Program-made: the position numbers and the translations under genes
Shown: piece after piece, positions 56,141-64,000 of the stretch
How positions within the stretch are numbered: the stretch's first letter is position 1
Layout of the letters: each line of letters opens with the position of its first letter
Assembly (NCBI RefSeq): GCF_009914755.1
Contig: NC_060928.1
Source: the human T2T-CHM13v2.0 reference genome, Homo sapiens
Length of the DNA stretch: 64,000 nucleotides
Reading direction: 5' to 3' (one strand)
Notes under the pieces: model-generated
What the model saw: only the letters and a program-made list of their open reading frames with translations
Told to the model about the DNA's origin: nothing
The model's database searches: none

Positions 56141-58014
56141 TTAATAGTATAATTATTTCATAGGAAATATAAATTTTAATTTTTAAGGTTTAAATAGATA
56201 TATAATCAACAAGAAAAATAGATTTTAGGATACATCATTTGTAACAGTACGCAGTTTCATCCTTGCCTGTGACATGGTACTTTAAACTCATTTCGCACTA
56301 CATTCTGGCAACAATTTGAGTATTATTCAGCCTGATATGAAATTCTGAAAGGAGATTTTGAGCTTCAGAAATTTTTACTTCCCCCAGCTACATGGGAGTC
56401 AGAAAGGTAGTGACTGCATTTCACTAGACTCTCCTAAACTCTCTTTGCTAATGCAAATATCTCAATAATATTAGCTTCTCTACATACTTTTGGTCAATAT
56501 TTCTTAAATCTTTGAGCTATTTGTATTGTGCTTTTTACCGGATCTTCAGTCTACCTTGTGCACCTTAACCTGAAATATATCTTAAATTCCAAAGAAAGTA
56601 TAACATCTGTCCTGTTCTTTTTCTTACATCACAAGAAAAAATTTATCTTACAACTCTAACATTCATAGATTGAACAGGCATTATCGAAAAAGGAACTGAC
56701 AAACTGCTGAAACACAGCAAGTTCACCATTTTCAGAGGATATGGCCAAATGAAATAAAGTAATAATTCTTCCAAAAATTGCATATTAACTCTACTGAAAA
56801 GATTATCTTTCAAAGCCCAGGCTTCCACTATTTTTTTTCAAGGTAGCTTTTTTGGTTCTATGTAAAACTTAATGATATTTTACTTTAGTATGATTATAAG
56901 TGAAAAGTTTGATGAATTTTTAAACCACACTAATGAAACTACCAATATGTTAAAATATTTGAACATTAGCAGCCCTCAAGAAATTCCTCTTGTGTTCCTT
57001 CTGAGTTACTAATTGACACAAAGAAACATTCGCCTGACTTTTATCAACATGGATTAGTGTATTTTTGAACTGTAAATAAACCAAATTATGTATTATGTCA
57101 TATTTTATGTCTGATTTCAATTGGTTAACATTACCTTGTAAAAGTCATATAGATCATTGAAGGTAGCAATAATTTTTTTCTCATTTCTGTATAATATTTA
57201 TTGTTTACCAACAATATAGCATATGTACTTATTTTACTTTGAGTGGCTATTTCATTTGTATCCATATTTAGGGTAATATAACTAATCCAATTATAAACAT
57301 TCTACAACATTTGTTTTGGTGCACACATACATGCATTTTAGTTGTATAAATTTAACATTGAAATTACTATGTCATGGGAAATGCACATGTCTAGTTTAAT
57401 AGAAAAAGACAAATGATTTTTAAAGTGGTTTGTATGAATTTTAACTTCCACCTGAAGTATATGAATGTTCCAGTTATTCAACACTGTTACAAAACAGTGG
57501 CAAAACCTTCCTTTTAAAGTTGTAGCCATTCTAATGAGTATACAGTAGTAAAGCACTTAGGTTTAGGTCCTATTTCCCTAGTAACAAACGAGGTTAAACA
57601 AAGTGTCACATTTATTGACCATTTGAATTTTGCCTTCTTGAAATATAAAGAGCCTTTTCAACCTTTTGCTCATTTGTATTAAATTTCCTTTTTCATATTA
57701 ATGTGTGCAGTTTTTTAAAATATTTTCTGCATTTGAATCATTTGCTGGATATGTTTTTAAAATTATTTCTATGACTCCTTGACCTACATTTTCACATTTA
57801 ATGGTGGCTTGTGATAAATGTAATTTTTAAAATTAAATACATTTCAGTTAATCAATCTTTTTTCTTTATGTTCAATTCCATTTTATTCTGTTTAAGGAAT
57901 ATTTGTCTCATCAAGGACATTAAGATATTCTCTTATGTTATATTAAGTAGCTTTTTTGTCCCCCTCATTTATGTATGCTATCTACTTAATATAAATATAT
58001 TTATGGTTCAAAGT

Positions 58015-58190
58015 AATACAAGTAGCCACAAGGCACATAGCTAATTTAAATTAAATATATTCAAGTCAAAAATTTAGTTTATCTATCACATATTGAGAGA
58101 AGTGCTCAACAACTTCATGTGGCTAATGGCTACCATATTGAAGCAGTTGGAAAACTTTTCCATCCTACAGATACTTTTGGGCTGTACTCA
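58015..58190. mobile_element. MER3/MER33-like hAT-Charlie MITE remnant
   Basis: AGTAGCCAC...AAGTGCTCAACAACTTCATGTGGCTAATGGCTACCATATTG...TTTCCATC. Confidence 0.7.
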
Positions 58191-59129
58191 TCTTGAGTCA
58201 CTTTTTTCTCTCATAAATATTTAATTGTTCCAACATCATTTGTTAAAAAGTACTGTTTGTCCCAAATCCACTTGAGAAGCATATTATCATAAAACAACTG
58301 TCACTATATGTGTAGGTTTTCTATTTTGTTCGAGAGAATTATTTTCTATTTTTTTTTTTTGGCAAAACCTCATGCTGTTAACTATGTAACTTATACTAAG
58401 TATTACTGCGAATATTAATTATCCAAATGTGCTCTTCTTCCTCAATAGTCTCCGGTTATTCTTAGGCCATTGCATTTTCACAAAACTGCAGAATAAACTT
58501 GCCACTCTAGAACCACCCATTGACAAGATGCTGGGGTTCTGTTTGTGATTGCCTAATATCCAAAGATTAATTGAGAGTAATTAATATGGTGTAATATTTA
58601 ATTTCTCCAATCCATAAACTTGGATTAATTTTATTTATTTAGGTTTTTAAATTCTGTTGGTAATACTCTGTAGCAGTCTTCATAGATGCCTTTCATAACT
58701 TTTTAAAACATATATTCTTTGGTGTTTGATATCACCAAAATATTGACTGTCTATTGCTTATCTGTAGAAATATGACTAATTTATGAATATTGACACTGTA
58801 TTTTGTAACCTTTTAAAGTTTACACATTCATTTTTAAAATATGTAGATTTCTAAAATATTCTCTAATTAAATAATTGTCAGCTGCAAGTAATAATGTTTT
58901 CACTTAATCTTTTCCAGAATGCTTTGTATTTTATTCTATTTTTGCTTTATTCAATGACTTCATTTCATCCAGTTCAGTGTTGAATAAAACTGCCTCTAAT
59001 GAAGATCGGTTTTTTTCTAGTTATTTTGAAGAAAAACTTTAGTTTTTTGTTTGGTTGTTTGTTGTTGGTTTGCCATTGTTTCTAAGAAACCAGTAAATAG
59101 TCTTCCCTCACACCTTAATTCTTACATTT

Positions 59130-59520
59130 TAAATTTGGTTCACTGGAATTTCAACATTTAATATCAGCATCATTAATGCAGAGGGTTTTTCTGGAAAGCT
59201 GCCCTGTCCAGCCACTTGGCAGGCTTAGAAATACCAGGAAATTAACACCTCAAGAAGCAGCTTTTAACTACTTACTGAATCACAGTGGTATATAAATACT
59301 TCTTTCCCTTGAGTCATGTTTTTTGAAGCATTTCCCTATTTCTCCATTGAATTAAGCTTCAATTACCTACTGTAGAAGACTGCTCAAAAATCTACTCTTT
59401 ATTGAGTTCCTTCCCTGTATCCCTTTCCCTCTTTTCTACCGTTGTTCCCTTCAAAACCCACTACTTGCCCTCCATTCTTTAGTCCTTGCCTCTGCTATTG
59501 GCATTGCAAACTAAGGAAAG
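59130..59520 (+). mobile_element. Old ERVL LTR relic (LTR16-like)
   Basis: GCTTAGAAATACCAGGAAATTAACACC...GGTATATAAATAC...AAACTAAGG. Confidence 0.55.
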
Positions 59521-59677
59521 TGTAAATTTTTTTCAGTTCTTTACCAGGTTAAAGAATTTCCTTTTCATTTGTACTTTTTAAAGATTTTTCCCATGAATAA
59601 ATATTAAAACAAATGGTTTTCTCCTTTGTTCTGTGAATATGGGAAATTACGTTGATTGATTTTAAATAATCAAGTAA

Positions 59678-60197
<520 letters not shown>

Positions 60198-60639
60198 TGT
60201 TAGAGACTATGAAAACAGGGATCAAGACTATTGTAATAATTGACATTCAGTTCAACTCTGCTGAAACAAAAGATTGGGAGTTTTAGGCACTAGACTGAGC
60301 TAGTAGAAAAGTACTGGGCAAGCTAGGAAAAGATTGGTCAATATGATCAGGCTATCCTTGTTAACTGGTATTTAGGAAAGTTAGGTTAAGACAGATCTTG
60401 GGAGATATAAGGATAGCACTGTCCTTAGTTCTGTAAACCATTATAGTAGATAATTAAATCTGACTGTGGATTTGGAAAACCTTCAAATTTGCAGTTAGTT
60501 TCTAAAGTCTTGGGCAGACTTGGCCATCTGGAGCACTGTGCCCTAACCTCAAGTTTTGCTAATTTCAAGTATTCAAGTTAATCAACTATTTTTGTTTCAT
60601 TCACACTTATTAAGATATTTATTTTTATTCTTTTACTAT

Positions 60640-61144
60640 TGTTGGGTCTCAGAAAAAAATTGCCCCAAAATATGGCATGTTGATATGCTGAACTCAAGAA
60701 GCCTAAAGGTTGTTTCTGGTCTTCATGCTCCACCATCTCTCCCAAAGCACAAGATGAAGTTATTCAGTTCCTTTATCTGCCTGAAGTCTAGATCCCCTAA
60801 GGAGAACAATTGTTTTATTCTCCTCCACCCTGTAGAACCAAGAATGTAACCACATCTGAACAGAGCCTTCACAAAATAATGTGCAAGGTAATCTCTGTTT
60901 TCTGATCCATTAATTCTCCCTAGCAATCCCTTTAACAGATTTCTCCTCCCACTCCCATAACCTATTTTGCCAGGATGGTATCGAGGCTTCCAAACCCTGT
61001 TATGGGGTGAGTTATAACTCTAGTTCTCCTGGTGCACACATTAATACAATTTGTAGTCTTTCTCTCCAGTTAATCTGCCATTTGTGAGTTAATTTTTCAG
61101 TGAACCTTCTGAAGGTGAAGGGGAAGTTTCCCTTGACCACTACA
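60640..61144 (+). mobile_element. ERV1 solo LTR, MER39/MER34-like
   Basis: TGTTGGGTCTCAGAAAA..CCCCAAAATATGG...TTTTCAGTGAACCTTC..GAAGGGGAAGTTTCCCTTGACCACTACA. 4-bp TSD CTAT at 60636-60639 and 61145-61148. Confidence 0.85.
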
Positions 61145-61880
61145 CTATTTCTTTAATGATTACCCTACACTTTATAATGTGCATGCCTGTCTCAAAGTAT
61201 TCTTTTACTTCAGGTCTATTAATGATGAATGTCCTTAGTTTTTGTGTACCAAAATGATTTCACTTTAGCGTCATATTTGAAGAGTGTTTTCACAGTGTAA
61301 AAATCTAGGTTAAGCTTCTTTTCTTTCACTATTTAAAAAATATCAGTCTATCCATCATAATCTGGATTACATTATTTATCTATTGAGAAATAAGGTGCAT
61401 TATTATCACTTATTTGACTCTAATTTTTTTTCTGGTTTCTTTGTATATTTTTTCTTGTCTTGTTCTGTTTTATTATTATGATATGCCTAGACATTTGTTT
61501 TACTGTAATTTTATTACTTGGATTTGCAGTTTCTTTTTGAATCTGTAGATTGATGTCTTTGAAATATACTTTAAAACATTATCAGCTATCATATCTTCAA
61601 ATATTTTTTCTTCTTCTTTTTTATTGCTCTTCTCATTCTGAGATTCTAAATACATATATGTTCAAATTTTTCTCAAGTTCCTATATATCTCTTACAATCT
61701 TTTCAGAATTTTCCATGCTTTTTACTCTCTGTGGTAGAGTCTTAATATTTTCACCTTTTAATTTATTGATTTTTCTCTGTGGAAGATGAAATACACAGCT
61801 AATTAATGAGGTAATTTTATCCAGATTATATGATACAGAGAACACTTAATAAGCAACATCTCCACAATAATAAGACAAAC

Positions 61881-62572
<692 letters not shown>

Positions 62573-64000
62573 GAGGATCCTAAGGATTTTTAGAGGCAGG
62601 TTAACAAGGGAGTCATCAGTGAGTTTTGCAGAAGTCATAAGAAAGAATAGAAGTGAGGCTCATCTGAGTCAATGAGGAAAAGTGAGTTGGGTTTTGTATC
62701 TGTACAAAGGTGGTTCTTTTTGATTAGCCTTTTCTCAGAACGCAAAAGGACTGAGATTTCTCAACCTTAAGTACTATTTGGAAACATTGGAGTTAGATAA
62801 AGTTTAACATTGTCATCTCTAGCTATGTTTTAGTTTACTTCATGGACTCTCATGATAAATCATGAATTTTACTTATTTTGTTTTTTATTCCTACTTTATC
62901 TATTTGATCTTTTAGTAGATACAACTTCCCTAAGGAGATACTACATTTTGTCACTTGTTTTCTTGAACATTTTAACTACAGTAATTTCAAAGTGTCTCTA
63001 TAATATCCAATATTCATATCCGTGTTATCTATATCTATTTCTTTTTTTTCTCATGATGTGTTTCTTTCCTTTCTCAGTATGTTTGGTGACTTTTAATCCA
63101 TTTTAGGAAAATATATCATCTTCATGAACATCTTCATGATGTTCTCATTCCTAGAAACGATTCCCTATCCTCTATCAAGAGGCTAGCAGAGTGATAATCA
63201 TTTCTATACTGTCAGCCACTGTTAGATTCAAGCTGGATCTGTAATCTTTATAAGTCTCAGTGTAGCTCTATTTTGCTTTATTTCCCTTAAGTGTTACAAC
63301 TGAAGCATACCGTTTTTCCTATGGCCTGTCTTCCTTGACTTCTTAATCTACTTTTGTTTCTTCAGAATCATAAGGCTTAAAAGAACTTCTCTCTTGAATT
63401 TATGTATTCCTTAGGTTATTAACCAGCTGTCTTTCACATATTTTTTATTTCTTTCTTGAGCTTCCCTTTTTGCAAGTATCTTGCGCCTCATATGCTAGCT
63501 TCATTGTCACATTTGAACCAAGCCTTTTTTCTAAATTGATTTTACTTTTTTTTTAATTATTGGCAGAAAAGAGCATTTGCCTAGTATAAGCTACCCTATC
63601 ACAGCCAGAGGAGGAAATCTACTTCCACTTATTTTTTTGCTACTTTCTTCATTTGAAACAAAATTGTTTAAAAAGATTCCAGAGATACATTGACATGCAA
63701 TTTATTTTTATTACGGTGGCAAGTAACTGTCTCTTGAGATTGTACTTAAGCATATTTAACATTTTAAGCTATATCCAATCTTAGAACATAATCTGCAGAA
63801 TCATAGTAAGTTGATTTTTTAAACAACCAACTGGATTGAAAACAACAATATCCTTTTGTACTGTGTAGTTGTTTTCCTTGTGTTATTACTGCTTCCACCC
63901 ATGAATAGAACTATTATGTGTTTTGAATAATTTAAAAAGATGTGTTGCTTGTTGATTTTGGATTTATTTTCCTGACATATTGAATAAAATATTCAGTGAG

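Overview
AT-rich, CpG-poor primate genomic DNA. AluJ-, AluS- and AluY-type elements are present, so it is probably catarrhine or human. It is intergenic or deep-intronic and made mostly of decayed interspersed repeats. I find no intact protein-coding gene, tRNA, rRNA or convincing small-RNA gene; the listed ORFs are L1, Alu, LTR or microsatellite read-throughs, or chance ORFs. Main content: (1) a nested L1MA-in-L1MA stack at 190-12180, with a piggyBac MER75 MITE inside the inner copy and an Alu and an MSTA LTR inside the outer copy; (2) a near full-length L1MA (27192-35475) carrying an MLT2A1/HERV-L LTR; (3) an old ERVL proviral remnant (LTR plus gag/pro/RT, about 40155-44530); (4) an LTR-internal-LTR MLT1 MaLR provirus (47692-50454); (5) a dozen Alus plus solo LTRs and L2, MIR, L3, L1MC and L1ME relics. 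The most interesting item is a small composite insertion at 42274-42718 (truncated AluJ, about 190 nt of non-repeat sequence with AATAAA, and a second poly(A)) inside one TSD pair. It looks like a retrocopied 3' end of an unidentified Pol II transcript that landed in the TSD of an earlier L1 insertion. I do not see evidence for a new multi-gene biological system. Subfamily names come from recall of consensus sequences, not from alignment, and boundaries of old elements are approximate.
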